Positions 12,695-25,730 of a stretch of DNA of 64,000 nucleotides are shown one piece after another. A program made the translations under genes and the position numbers. How positions within the stretch are numbered: the first letter of the stretch is position 1; each line of letters begins with the position of its first letter. Origin of the DNA: Macrostomum lignano. Its lineage: Eukaryota. Under the pieces are notes generated by a model. That model was not told where the DNA came from and did not search any database. It was given only the letters and a program-made list of their open reading frames with translations. Location of the stretch: NCBI GenBank assembly GCA_002269645.1, contig NIVC01000350.1, forward strand, positions 558,001 through 622,000, in the 5' to 3' direction.

Positions 12695-14837
12695 ATGAAG
12701 TCGGCCGCCCACAAGCTGTGCGCCGGCTGCCACTCGAGCATTGGCGGCGGTCGGGCCGTCCAAACTGACGACGACAGCCGCTTCCACTTGAACTGCTTCC
12801 GTTGCTGCGCCTGCGGAATTTCGTTGATTGGCAGTCCGAAGGTGCTCCGCCTCCAGGGCCGTGTGATGTGCGCCCCCTGCAGCTCCAGATTCGCGCCAAC
12901 CTGCGCCGGCTGCAGCCGCTCCATTCGCGACAAAGAGTTCCTCTACGTGGCGCCGGTGTTTTACCACGCCGACCATCTGACCTGTCGCGGCTGCGGCGAC
13001 ATCGAGCTCGCTAGTCGCGGCTTCGTCACCTTCGGCGGCAGCAGCGGTCCGCTGTGCGTCCAGTGCGGCCTGGCAAGCCGCGGCCTCGTCTGCTGCGGCT
13101 GCGGCTGCCTCATCACCGGGCAGTTTCTGCGACACGGCCAGCGCAACTGGCACATCGCCTGCTTCAAGTGAGACAGCGGCTGGTGGAGCTTCACTGAACT
13201 GCTTTTTCAGCTCTGCCCCTGCCGACTTGTTTCATGCCCTCTGACACCCAGCACTCTTTCTGACCTGCCAGAAACAGTCCTACACACCGACATCTGCTAC
13301 CTGACACCGGCATCCACTGTCTGACACACTAGAGACAAACCTGACACACTAGAGACAAACCTGACACACTAGAGACACACCTGACACACTAGAGACAAAC
13401 CTGACACACTAGAGACAAACCTGACACACTGGAGACAAACCTGACACACTAGAGACAAACCTGACACACACTGAAGACAAACCTAACACACTAGAGACAA
13501 ACCTGACACACTGGAGACAAACCTGACACACTGGAGACAAACCTGACACACTGGAGACAAACCTGACACACTGGAGACAAACCTGACACACTGGAGACAA
13601 ACCTGAAACACTAGAGACAAACCTGACACACTGGAGACAACCTGACACACTAGAGACAAACCTGGCACACACTGAAGACAAACCTGACACACACTGAAGA
13701 CAAACCTGACACACACTAGAGACAAACCTGACACACTGGAGACAAACCTGACACACACTAGAGACAAACCTGACACACTGGAGACAAACCTGACACACAC
13801 TGAAGACAAACCTGACACACACTAGAGACAAACCTGACACACTGGAGACAAACCTGACACACACTAGAGACAAACCTGACACACTGGAGACAAACCTGAC
13901 ACACACTGAAGACAAACCTGACACACACTAGAGACAAACCTGACACACTGGAGACAAACCTGACACACTGGAGACAAACCTGACACACTGGAGACAAACC
14001 TGAAACACTAGAGACAAACCTGACACACTGGAGACAACCTGACACACTAGAGACAAACCTGACACACACTGAAGACAAACCTGACACACACACTGAAGAC
14101 AAACCTACACACTAGAGACAAACCTGACACACACTGAAGACAAACCTGACACACACTGGAGACAAACCTGACACACTGGAGACAACCTGACACACTAGAG
14201 ACAGACCTGACACACTGAAGACAAACCTGACACACTGGAGACAAACCTGACACACACTGAAGACAAACCTGACACACCGACATCCCACCTGTCCAGGTGC
14301 AGCCGGTGCGACCAACCGGTGCAGCTGGGCACTCAGCGGCTGTGCATTGACACCGGCCAGCTGGCCTGCCAAGTTTGCTGCGCTGTGGCCGCGGTCAGCT
14401 CCCGCCTGACCCTGGCCGTGTCGATGCCGGCGGTTGCCGCACTGCTGGAGTCGAATCCCAACGATGCGGCGGTAGCGGCGCGGTCGCCCTGGGGTCAGGT
14501 GAGCGGCTGCGACCTGGCCGCGACCTGCTGCAACGGCAAGCAACAGAAGGACCAGCAGGAGCAGCCGCAGCAGTCCACCATACAGCAGCAGCTAATGGTA
14601 TCGGTGCTTCAGCAGCGGCAACAGCAGCAGGAGCAGCAAGGGCAGCTGGGGCAGCAATTAACTCCAGATGAAGCAATTCCACTGGAAAAACTGGAGCAGC
14701 ATCAGCAGCAGCATCAGCAGCAGCAGTCGGATCAGAAAAAGGGAATCCATGTCCATTACCAGCAGCCACAGAAGCAGCAGCAGCAAAAAGTGCAACAGCA
14801 AAAGCAGAAGACGGTGCAAAAGCAGACAAAAAAATAA
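12695..14837 (+). CDS. Three-LIM-domain protein with Gln-rich C-terminus. Exons 12695-13167 and 14297-14837
   Basis: LIM1 is CAGC..FHLNCFRCCAC..CAPC and LIM2 is CAGC..YHADHLTCRGC..CVQC. LIM3 is split by the intron: CCGC..WHIACF AA|gtgaga ... ccag|G TGC gives KCSRC..CQVC. The phase-2 junction joins two ORFs of the track. Confidence 0.9.
13320..14277. repeat. 20/22 bp minisatellite (CTGACACACTAGAGACAAAC) filling the LIM-gene intron
   Basis: Directly visible. Confidence 0.95.
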
Positions 14838-15445
14838 GTCTATGACCAGTTTATGAGGGACTCCTATAGGGCCATTTTTACTACTATGCTTAGATTGTAG
14901 TTAGATTTCAGTCAACTTTTAATAAAATGACGTAAGACTTTTTAAGTCTTTTGGACTCTTGAAGCTTAATATATGAGCAGCGAGATAGAGACAGACAGAT
15001 GGAGAGTAAATAGACTCAAATAGTGTAAACAACCATATTCCTAATGGTAAATAACAGCTGACCAAGGCCCAGTGCGAGTTCAAGACAAGACAGTCTCTCT
15101 GTAACGACATTCTCTGCGCTTGCAAACTTGAAGTGCCACATTCAAGGAGTACTGCTAGGGTAAACAGAGCATCTCTGGAGAGTAAAACCTACAGATCACT
15201 TTGCTGCCTTAAAAGTGCCATAGGTCTAGTAAAATATGTAGATTTTGCCCACGTCACAGATTGGCATAAAAACTTTAGCTTGACTTTGAAGTTGCTATTC
15301 TAGACTGGATTCGCACACCAGATTGTTTGTTGGGAGAGCTCCATGACCTGTCGCCAGAGCGGAAAGGTAAGAGAGAGAGAGAGAGAGAAAAAAACATTTG
15401 GTTAGACTTGGCTAAGGTTTGAGGTGTGGCGAAACAGACACACAC

Positions 15446-15487
<42 letters not shown>

Positions 15488-15742
15488 CAATACCGTCACT
15501 TCCACGACAGTTAAAGAGGCTGAGGGTGGAGAAACTGCACAACGATTGCTTGCAGACCCGCTAGGCTGCTGCCAGTTTGAGCACAGGCCCGGCCCGCCGC
15601 CTCATTCGCTCTCCGCTCCCTCATCTCTATGGCCACTTCTTTTATCATCTCTTCATTTTGGTATAACTCCAGTTCGGCCGCTGCCAGTCCTGCCAGCTCA
15701 CCGTCTCTGCTAACTCAATGGTAGTTCTCTATTAGCTCTGCG

Positions 15743-17179
15743 ATGCGACGACTCAAGTATACAGCTCTGCATCGGGCTATCCTGGACTGCCGGGTGGCCC
15801 AGGTTCGACTCCTGATTGAGCAGTGCGGCGCCGACGCCAACAGTCAGGATCTGTACGGCCGCACTCCGCTGATGCTGTGCTGCGCACTGGAGAACCAGCG
15901 GGCGGCCGCCGCCATGTCCCGACTGGTGCTGGCGGCCGGGCCCGACCTGACTCTGAAGGACCAGCTGGGCCGCACCGCCCTTGCATACGCCTGCCTGTTC
16001 AACCGGGAGTCTCTGGTGGCCCGCCTGGCCGAGTCGGGGGTCATTGACCCCACCGAGCCGGACAACGACGGCTGCACGCCGTTGCACCATGCGGCCGTGA
16101 TCGGCAACTCCCGGATCGTCTGCCTGCTGGTCCGCGCCTGCGCCGAGGGCCGGAGTAGCGTCGACTGTCGGAACCGTTTGGGCTGGACGCCGCTGATGCT
16201 CGCCTGCCGGCTGCGGCGCTACCACTGCGCCCTCTTCCTGCTGCTGGACGGCGGCGCCTCCGGCTTCCTGAAGGACGACGCGCACTTTCTAAGCGCTCTG
16301 GAATGGCTGAGATGCGACCAGCCGCTGCCGCGTAAACTGGCACCCCTGGCGCCGCCGCCACTGTCGGCGCCGCAGCAGCTGCGAAGAGCGGACACGGCGC
16401 CAGAGGTTGCCGCATCGACAACGCCGCGGCGGCAGCTCCAGCAGCAGCGGCAGCAGCCGATCACCTTCATCACCGAGTACTCCAGCCTGGACGCAGCTGG
16501 CGGCAGCGGACGGCTGTCCCGATCGAAGACTTTTGCCGGCGGCTTCGCATCGACCCTGCCGCCGCCGCCGCCGCCGCCGCCTCCGCCGATGATTGACGAA
16601 GACGTCGACGCGTCATCTTCCAGCCGGCCGACCACCTTCAGCGGCGGCAACAACGGCGGAGGTCGACGAAGCCGCTACACCAGCGCCTCCGGAGACACTG
16701 TCTACGTCAATGTCGACGAATTGTCGGTGAGGGAGGCGCGCGACCTCCTCGCGGAGCGGCTGCGCGCTCAGGCTGTGCAGTTTCCCTATCCGACGGTGCC
16801 GAAGCCGAAGCTGGCGCCAGCGGCCCAGCAGCGACAGCGGCAGCCACAGCCGCAGCAGCAGCGGCCAAACACGCGGGACCTGCAGGCGCTGCGACCGCCG
16901 CCCCGCTACAACGCGGTGTCGAACGCCTGCCAGCTGCTCGAGCTGTACCACGCCGCCATGTCGGCGCCGAAGCCGGCCACGGTGCTGCGGGAGGACACGG
17001 GTATCTCAGAGCTGACGATCGGTTCAGCGGACACCGCGGGAACGGCGGCGGCGGCAGCGGCGCAAGGAGAAGACGCAACAGCAAAGGACGGCGACGAAGC
17101 GAGAGGCTCCTCAGCAGCCGCAGGTGCAGCCGGCAGGGATCACAAGAAGAGCGTCAAGTTCAAGGATGTGTCCAAGTGA
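15743..17179 (+). CDS. Intronless ankyrin-repeat protein (478 aa): ~5 N-terminal ANK repeats and a low-complexity tail; resembles the ANKRD63/ANKRD34 type
   Basis: ANK motifs GRTPLMLC, GRTALAYAC, GCTPLHHAA, GWTPLMLAC in a long GC-rich ORF. Family resemblance is from memory, not a database search. Confidence 0.88.
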   Translation: MRRLKYTALHRAILDCRVAQVRLLIEQCGADANSQDLYGRTPLMLCCALENQRAAAAMSRLVLAAGPDLTLKDQLGRTALAYACLFNRESLVARLAESGVIDPTEPDNDGCTPLHHAAVIGNSRIVCLLVRACAEGRSSVDCRNRLGWTPLMLACRLRRYHCALFLLLDGGASGFLKDDAHFLSALEWLRCDQPLPRKLAPLAPPPLSAPQQLRRADTAPEVAASTTPRRQLQQQRQQPITFITEYSSLDAAGGSGRLSRSKTFAGGFASTLPPPPPPPPPPMIDEDVDASSSSRPTTFSGGNNGGGRRSRYTSASGDTVYVNVDELSVREARDLLAERLRAQAVQFPYPTVPKPKLAPAAQQRQRQPQPQQQRPNTRDLQALRPPPRYNAVSNACQLLELYHAAMSAPKPATVLREDTGISELTIGSADTAGTAAAAAAQGEDATAKDGDEARGSSAAAGAAGRDHKKSVKFKDVSK

Positions 17180-17240
17180 TGCCAGAGGATCGTTAACTAT
17201 GCGAACCACAGCTTGGAAAGACTTGTTGTACTGTACTCTC

Positions 17241-17821
17241 CTGGGGCGTCGCCACCGGGGGGAGACAGAGGGACATGCCCCCCCCCCCCAGTAAAATCTA
17301 TAGGGGGACATGCCAATGCTTTGTCTTTACTTTAGGGCGACAAAATATTGCGCCTGCGGCACCAAAATGAATGCCTGCGGCGCTAAAATGAGTGCCTGCG
17401 GTGCCAAAATGAGTGCCTGCGGTGCCAAAATGAGTGCCTGCGGCGCTAAAATGAATTCCTGCGGCGCTAAAATGAGTGCCTGCGGCGCTAAAATGAATTC
17501 CTGCGGCGCTAAAACGAGTGCCTGCGGCGCTAAAATGAATTCCTGCGGCGCTAAAATGAGTGCCTGCGGCGCTAAAATGACTGCCTGCGGTGCCAAAATG
17601 AGTGCCTGCGGCGCTAAAATGAGTGCCTGCGGCGCCAAAATGAGTGCGTGTGGCGCTAAAATGAGTGCCTGCGGCGCCAAAATGAGTGCGTGTGGCGCTA
17701 AAATGAGTGCTGACAACACCGATTCTGAAAATAATGTACATGTAGGAAATCAGTCATGTACATGTAGAATTCTTGGCTTTGTCCCTCCACCATAAAATCC
17801 ATGCGAGTAGCGACGCCCCTG
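17241..17821. mobile_element. Non-autonomous hAT-type DNA transposon (MITE), 581 bp, with an internal 21 bp minisatellite (GCCTGCGGCGCTAAAATGAGT)
   Basis: Termini CTGGGGCGTCGC ... GCGACGCCCCTG form a 12 bp inverted repeat with 1 mismatch. An exact 8 bp target-site duplication GTACTCTC lies at 17233-17240 and 17822-17829. Confidence 0.85.
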
Positions 17822-18657
17822 GTACTCTCTGAAATCTCAACTGTTCCTCACACGCAAATTCATAAAAATGTACTATGAGCTCTGTATGATTTACTGTATT
17901 TCATACTCAATACGCTGTAGAATTTGTAATGCTAGGAGTTTACTCGTTGAGAAAAATACATTTTATAAACATGTATATTTGCCTTTCTATACTAACAGCA
18001 GTAGTATGAAGCAGGTTTTTTTTCATATTTACAGGTTCAGATAAAGAATCCAGTTCACGTCTGCTTCCCAGGTGAGAGAGAAAAGGAAGAAGGAATCGAA
18101 GATAAGAGATGAGAGGAGAGGCGAGAGATCGGATGAGAGGAGAGAGAAGAGAGGGGAGACTGAGCTGGCCGGATTGTTGTTGAGAAGTTTCAAAAGACCC
18201 GAGGGCCGAATAGAGAGGCTTCGCGGGCCTCATGTGGCGCTCAAATCGCAGAAGGGTGGTGGGCACCATGGCACAGCCGCCGATGCTGTTCTCCGGCACA
18301 CGCTCACACAGGGTGCACAGCGGCCCCCGACTTTCTAATCGTCAGGCATGTACAGTCTCTGTGCCTTGGGGGTTGGCACTCGTGGGAATCGCACTCAGCC
18401 CCCTCCTAGGCCGATTTTTGTTCAGAAGCCCCAAATGAATTTTGCGGCGCGAGAGTCAGCCGCGGTTCACCGCTAAGCTGCCCTGCCTCCGACAGCTGGC
18501 GCTGCCGGGAGTCCAGATGCGGCTGTCTATGGCCGAAAGAATTACGTACGAGCGAGTATTGGACTCAGTGCCAAGTCACTGGTAAAATTGGTAAAAAAAG
18601 GACAGCTTTTTGAATTGATTTATCGACTTATATTTCCTATCTTCGCTAATTCACTAC

Positions 18658-19030
18658 TCAGTCAGTCAGTCAGTCAGTCAGTCAGTCAGTCAGTCAGTCA
18701 GGCAGTCAGTCAGTCAGTCAGTCAGTCAGTCAGTCAGTCAGTCAGTCAGTCAGTCAGTCAGTCAGTCAGTCAGTCAGTCAGTCAGGCAGTCAGTCAGTCA
18801 GGCAGTCAGTCAGTCAGTCAGTCAGTCAGTCAGTCAGTCAGTCAGGCAGTCAGTCAGTCAGGCAGTCAGTCAGTCAGGCAGTCAGTCAGTCAGTCAGTCA
18901 GTCAGTCAGTCAGTTAGTCAGTCAGTCAGTCAGTCAGTCAGTTAGTCAGCCAGTCAGTCAGTCAGTCAGTCAGTCAGTTAGTCAGTCAGTAAGGCAGTCA
19001 GGCAGTCAGTCAGTCAGGCAGTCAGTCAGA
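18658..19030. repeat. (GTCA)n microsatellite
   Basis: Directly visible. Confidence 0.97.
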
Positions 19031-22000
19031 CAGGCAGGCAGTTTGACAATCTGCAGACTGTTGGTGCCTCTCCGGCTGACGATCAGCCTCCGTCCAGCTT
19101 CATCATAGGCCAGGCCGTCGATGAGCAGCCGCGGCTGGTGCCAGCAGCCAGTGCAGCCGGCGAAGCAGCGGGCGCAGCGGCAGCGACACCCGACGGTGGC
19201 GAGCAGCCGCCAGGCCGAGCCGCGCCGCTGAAGCACTCGAATGCCGTTCGACGGGACGCCCTCCTGGCCGCCGCCCGCCGCTGAAGGGACCTCCCGGCCA
19301 GCCAGGAACAGCAGGCAGCTGCAGCAGCTGCTGTCTGCTGTCCGTTTGTCGTTAAAAAGTTGTGTAGCTATAAACCCTAATCCGTGTAGCTATAAACCCT
19401 AATCAGTGTAGCTATAAACTTTGATCCGTGTAGCTATAAACCCTAATCCGTGTAGCCATAAACCCTAATCAGTGTAGCTATAAACCCTAATCCGTGTAGC
19501 CATAAACTTTAATCCGTGTAGCTATAAACCCTAATCCGTGTAGCTATAAACTCTGATCCGTGTAGCTATAAACCCTAATCCATGTAGCTATAAACCCTGA
19601 TCCGTGTAGCTATAAACCCTAATCCGTGTAGCTATAAACCCTAATCCGTGTAGCCATAAACTTTAATCCGTGTAGCTATAAACCCTAATCCGTGTAGCTA
19701 TAAACCCTAATCCGTGTAGCTATAAACTCTGATCCGTGTAGCTATAAACCCCAATCCGTGTAGCCATAAACTTTAATCCGTGTAGCTATAAACCCTAATC
19801 CATGTAGCTATAAACCCTGATCCGTGTAGCTATAAACCCTAATCCGTGTAGCTATAAACCCTAATCCGTGTAGCCATAAACTTTAATCCGTGTAGCTATA
19901 AACCCTAATCCGTGTAGCTATAAACCCCAATCCGTGTAGCCATAAACTTTAATCCGTGTAGCTATAAACCCTAATCCGTGTAGCCATAAACCCTAATCAG
20001 TGTAGCTATAAACCCTAATTAGTGTAGCTATAAACCCTAATCCGTGTGGCTATAAACCCTAATCCATGTAGCTATGAACCCTCATCCGTGCAGCTATAAA
20101 CCCTAATCAATGTAGCTATAAACCCTAATCCGTGTAGCTATAAACCCTAATCAGTGTAGCTATAAACCCTAATCAGTGTAGCTATAAACCCTAATCAGTG
20201 TAGCTATAAACTCTGATCCGTGTAGCTATAAACCCCAATCCGTGTAGCCATAAACTTTAATCCGTGTAGCTATAAACCCTGATCCGTGTAGCTATAAACC
20301 CTAATCCGTGTAGCCATAAACCCTAATCAGTGTAGCTATAAACCCTAATCCGTGTAGCTATAAACCCTAATCCGTGTGGCTATAAACCCTAATCCATGTA
20401 GCTATAAACCCTAATCCGTGCAGCTATGTTTCTAAGAAACAAAGCCCCGCAGCGCATACCCTTCTCCCTGCGGCAGCCGCAGCCGGCAGTCATGGCCGAG
20501 CAGTCCACCAGGCCGAACTCCCCAGAGTCCAGCTGACTATCAGCGGGCACGTCGCATGGCTGTCCGGCCGCCTCTCCGCCGCCGGAAGTGCCTAGCGCCG
20601 AAGCGGCGCGGCGAAACCGGCGCAGCAGTTGACGCCGATCCAGCGCCGAGACGCCGTGGCGATGCAGAATCAGGATGAAGCTGCTAGGGCTGCCGTCTGA
20701 GCTGACGGCTGCGACTGCGCAGCGAAGGCCTGCGATGGAGCGGCCAGAGATGGCGGACACTGAGCCCAGGCTGGACAGACGGTCGGACTGGTCCCAGCCG
20801 AGCACCTGCCGTGCGGATTCGAGCCCCGGACCTTTGCGCTGTTACTCCTGCTTGTGTCTGCTAGCTACTCAATCCAGTGTGTTGTGTCTGCTAGCTACTC
20901 AATCCAGTGTGTTGTGTCTGCTAGCTACTCAATCCAGTGTGTTGTGTCTGCTAGCTACTCAATCCAGTGTGTTGTGTCTGCTAGCTACTCAATCCAGTGT
21001 ACAGTGTATTGTGTGTCTGCAAGCTACTCAATCCTGTCTGTTGTGTGTGTGCCAGCTACTAAATCCAGTGTGTTGTTTGTCTGCTAGCTACTCAATCTAA
21101 TGTGTTGTGTGTCTGCAAGCTACTCAATCCAATGTGTTGTGTGTCTGCAAGCTACTCAATCCAATGTGTTGTGTGTCTGCAAGCTACTCAATTCAGTCTG
21201 TTGTGTGTCTGCCAGCTACTCAATCCTGTCTGTTGTATGTCTGCCAGCTACTCAATCCTGTCTGTTGTATGTCTGCCAGCTACTCAATCCTGTCTGTTGT
21301 GTGTCTGCCAGCTACTAAATCCAGTGTGTTGTGTGTCTGCCAGCTACTCAATCCTGTCTGTTGTATGTCTGCCAGCTACTCAATCCTGTCTGTTGTGTGT
21401 CTGCCAGCTACTCAATCCAATCTGTTGTGTGTCTGCTAGCTACTCAATCCAATCTGTTGTGTGTCTGCTAGCTACTCAATCCAATCTGTTGTGTGTCTGC
21501 TAGCTACTCAATCCAGTCTGTTGTGAGTCTGCCAGCTACTCAATTCAGTCTGTTGTGTGTCTGCCAGCTACTCAATTCAGTATGTTGTGTGTCTGCCAGC
21601 TACTCAAGCCAGAAATTTGTGTCCTCCCACTCTCCTCAACGGTTGTGTTCGCTGCTTGCTCACCAGCAGTCCAGTGCCATCCCTGGTGGAGACCAGCGCC
21701 AGTTCCTCATCCGCCCACAGGCACTTGGGTCTGCTGCAATCTCTGTAAGTCTGCACGCAGCGGCCGGTGGACAAATCCACCACGTGAAACCGATCTCGGT
21801 AGCGATCTGCTGCTAGAAGATGCCGCTGCTCCTGCCCGTGCCGCCGCAGGCACAGGCTGGTGAGAGTTCGATCTTGTCTGAGTCCTTCGATTTGTAGGCT
21901 GGCGAGATGCTGGCCCGTGTCCGAGTCCACCGCCTCCACCTTTTCAATTTAAGTTGGAGATTGGCGCATTACGATCTAGTCTCATTTCTCACCAATAGCA

Positions 22001-24026
22001 GAACTCCATATTTTTGCTTTTCCCCATCAATTGTCATCTATGGGCACCTGCCCTCAGTTTCCAATCGGATCTAGTCTCATTTCTCACCGGATCTAGTGTC
22101 AATTTCTCACCGGATCTAGTCTCATTTCTCACCGGATCTAGTGTCAATTTCTCACCGGATCTAGTCTCATTTCTCACCGGATCTAGTGTCAATTTCTCAC
22201 CGGATCTAGTCTCATTTCTCACCGGATCTAGTCTCATTTCTCACCGGATCTAGTCTCATTTCTCACCGGATCTAGTCTCATTTCTCACCGGATCTAGTGT
22301 CAATTTCTCACCGGATCTAGTGTCAATTTCTCACCGGATCTAGTCTCATTTCTCACCGGATCTAGTCTCATTTCTCACCGGATCTAGTGTCAATTTCTCA
22401 CCGGATCTAGTCTCATTTCTCACCGGATCTAGTCTCATTTCTCACCGGATCTAGTGTCAATTTCTCATCGAATCTAGTCTCATTCCTCGCCGGATCTAGT
22501 CTCAGTTCCCCATCGGATCTAGTCTCATTTCTCACCGGATCTAGTCTCATTTCATCATTGGATCTAGTCTCAGTTTCCCATCTGATCTAGTCTCAGTTCC
22601 CCATCGGATCTAGTCTCAGTTCCCCATCTGATCTAGTCTCAGTTCCCCATCGGATCTAGTCTCAGTTTCCCATCGGATCTATTCTCATTTCTCATCGAAT
22701 CTAGTCTCATTTCTCACCGGATCTAGTCTCAGTTCCCCATCGGATCTAGTCTCATTTCTCACCGGATCTAGTCTCATTTCATCATTGGATCTAGTCTCAG
22801 TTTCCCATCTGATCTAGTCTCAGTTTCCCATCGGATCTAGTCTCAGTTCCCCATCTGATCTAGTCTCAGTTCCCCATCGGATCTAGTCTCAGTTTCCCAT
22901 CGGATCTAGTCTCAGTTTCCCATCGGATCTAGTCTCAGTTTCCCATCGGATCTAGTCTCAGTTTCCCATCGGATCTAGTCTCAGTTTCCCATCTGATCTA
23001 GTCTCAGTTTCCTATCTGATCTAGTCTCAATCTAGTCTCAGTTCCCCATCGGATCTAGTCTCAGTTTCCAATCGGATCTATTCTCATTTCTCATCGAATC
23101 TAGTCTCATTTCTCACCGGATCTAGTCTCAATTTCTCACTGGATCTAGTCTCAGTTCCCCATCGGATCTAGTCTCAGTTTCCCATCGGATCTAGTCTCAG
23201 TTTCCCATCGGATCTAGTCTCAGTTCCCCATCGGATCTAGTCTCAGTTTCCCATCGGATCTAGTCTCAGTTTCCCATCGGATCTAGTCTCAGTTTCCCAT
23301 CGGATCTAGTCTCAGTTTCCCATCGGATCTAGTCTCAGTTTCCCATCTGATCTAGTCTCAGTTTCCTATCTGATCTAGTCTCAATCTAGTCTCAGTTCCC
23401 CATCGGATCTAGTCTCAGTTTCCAATCGGATCTATTCTCATTTCTCATCGAATCTAGTCTCATTTCTCACCGGATCTAGTCTCAATTTCTCACTGGATCT
23501 AGTCTCAGTTCCCCATCGGATCTAGTCTCAGTTTCCCATCTGATCTGGTCTCGCACCAAAACAGTCTCTTCCCCACCTGCTGATTGTTCCAGTCTCGCCG
23601 CAGGCAGAGCACAGCCCGCCGCTTGGCCAGGTACTCGGGCGAATAGCAGGGCTCCCACAGTTCCAGCTGGCGCACCTGCGGCCTGTGGCTTCCACCAGTT
23701 GATCGCGTAGACCAAGCCAGCAATGTCCGCTGCTGCTGCGATGCCAGGTGCGCCAGCAGCCGGCCGATGCCTTCAACAGAGGCCGCGGCGTCGGCGGGCA
23801 GCCCGTCCGGCTTCTCCCGACAAGCCACTCCGCAGGTCGGGCAGACAACTCGACCGTTGGTTGCTAGGCGCCAGCGATTTGCGTAGCAACCAATGCAGAC
23901 AGCGTGGCCGCAAGCCGGCAAGCGCCGGACTTCCGTTATGGATGTCAGCGCCGAAAGAGTCCAGTCGGTGTCGCAGATGGCGCACCGAGCAGCGGCTCTG
24001 GCAGCGGCAACTGCCTGTGACAGCAT
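19006..24026 (-). CDS. C3HC4 RING-finger protein with C-terminal beta-propeller/NHL-like repeats (putative E3 ligase). Exons 24026-23577, 21939-21631, 20805-20460, 19337-19006
   Basis: RING motif CAIC..CGHAVCIGC..CPTC. Junction phases are 0, 0 and 1, all GT-AG and in frame with track ORFs. Strand-like blades include LLAADRYRDRFHVVDLSTG and IDGLAYDEAGRRLIVSRRGTNSLQIV. Confidence 0.78.
19362..20425. repeat. 22 bp minisatellite (GTGTAGCTATAAACCCTAATCC), intronic; the unit contains a telomere-like AACCCTAA
   Basis: Directly visible. Confidence 0.95.
20855..21605. repeat. 30-32 bp minisatellite (TGTCTGCTAGCTACTCAATCCAGTGTGTTG), intronic
   Basis: Directly visible. Confidence 0.95.
21975..23545. 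repeat. 23 bp minisatellite (GGATCTAGTCTCAGTTTCCCATC / ...CATTTCTCACC), intronic
   Basis: Directly visible. Includes a ~354 bp higher-order duplication. Confidence 0.95.
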
Positions 24027-24064
24027 GCTGAACGGGGTGCGGTGGATACTAGGGCAGACGCTAA

Positions 24065-24530
24065 GACGGACACTAAGTCCCTATAGGATAGACACTAAGT
24101 CCCTAGGATAGACACTAAGTCCCTATAGGATAGACACTAAGTCCCTAGGATAGACACTAAGTCCCTAGGATAGACACTAAGTCCCTAGGATAGACACTAA
24201 GTCCCTAGGATAGACACTAAGTCCCTAGGATAGACACTAAGTCCCTAGGATAGACACTAAGTCCCTAGGATAGACACTAAGTCCCTAAGAAAGACACTAA
24301 GTCCCTAAGACGGACACTAAGTCCCTAGGTTAGACACTAAGTCCCTAGGATAGACATTAAGTCCCTAGGATAGACACTAAGTCCCTAAGACGGACACTAA
24401 GTCCTAGGTTAGACACTAAGTCCCTAGGATAGACATTAAGTCCCTAGGATAGACACTAAGTCCCTAGGATAGACACTAAGACCCTAAGACAGACACTAAG
24501 ACCCTAAGACAGACACTAAGACTTTAAGAC
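24065..24530. repeat. 20 bp minisatellite (GGATAGACACTAAGTCCCTA)
   Basis: Directly visible. Confidence 0.95.
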
Positions 24531-24584
24531 CCAGTATTAGACACTGTGTACACTGAGATAGGTATTTGAGATCAGAAGACTCAC

Positions 24585-24907
24585 CTGTGATATTGAAGTG
24601 ATTCCCAATCCTGAATTAAAAGTGTTTCTTTTTCAACATGAGCAAGCAATCTTAAGATAAAACTGAGAACACGAGTGGCGCATACGTTTTGGGCTGCTCT
24701 TGCACAGCTTTTTGCCTTTTGGTTGCGTGCTGCATTGAATCTGATAAGGTTGCGCTTACACAACTCGTTGTCATAGCAGCAGTGGACATGACTGTTCAAA
24801 GTGTACAACAAGAACAGAGAATGTATGAACTGGCAACTCGTGTTTTGGTCTAGTTTTAATTTGCCAATCACCTTTGCCGAGCATGTTTTACTGCAGTTTA
24901 AACTCAT
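24585..24907 (-). other. Possible upstream exon of the RING gene (coding or 5' UTR)
   Basis: A strong donor CACAG|GTGAGT at 24585/24584 is phase-compatible with the acceptor ttcag|C ATG at 24027. The 5' boundary is undefined and the peptide is not recognised. Confidence 0.35.
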
Positions 24908-24964
24908 CAGATTCCCCTCTGCCTACTTAGGACTGCTGTTAGTAGTCTCATTTGAATATTAATG

Positions 24965-25730
<766 letters not shown>

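Noticed and set aside
15710-17084. Overlapping antisense and alternative-frame ORFs over the ankyrin gene (likewise over FoxD, SRF, LIM and the transposase)
   Set aside because: Shadow ORFs expected from GC-rich coding DNA, with no motifs.
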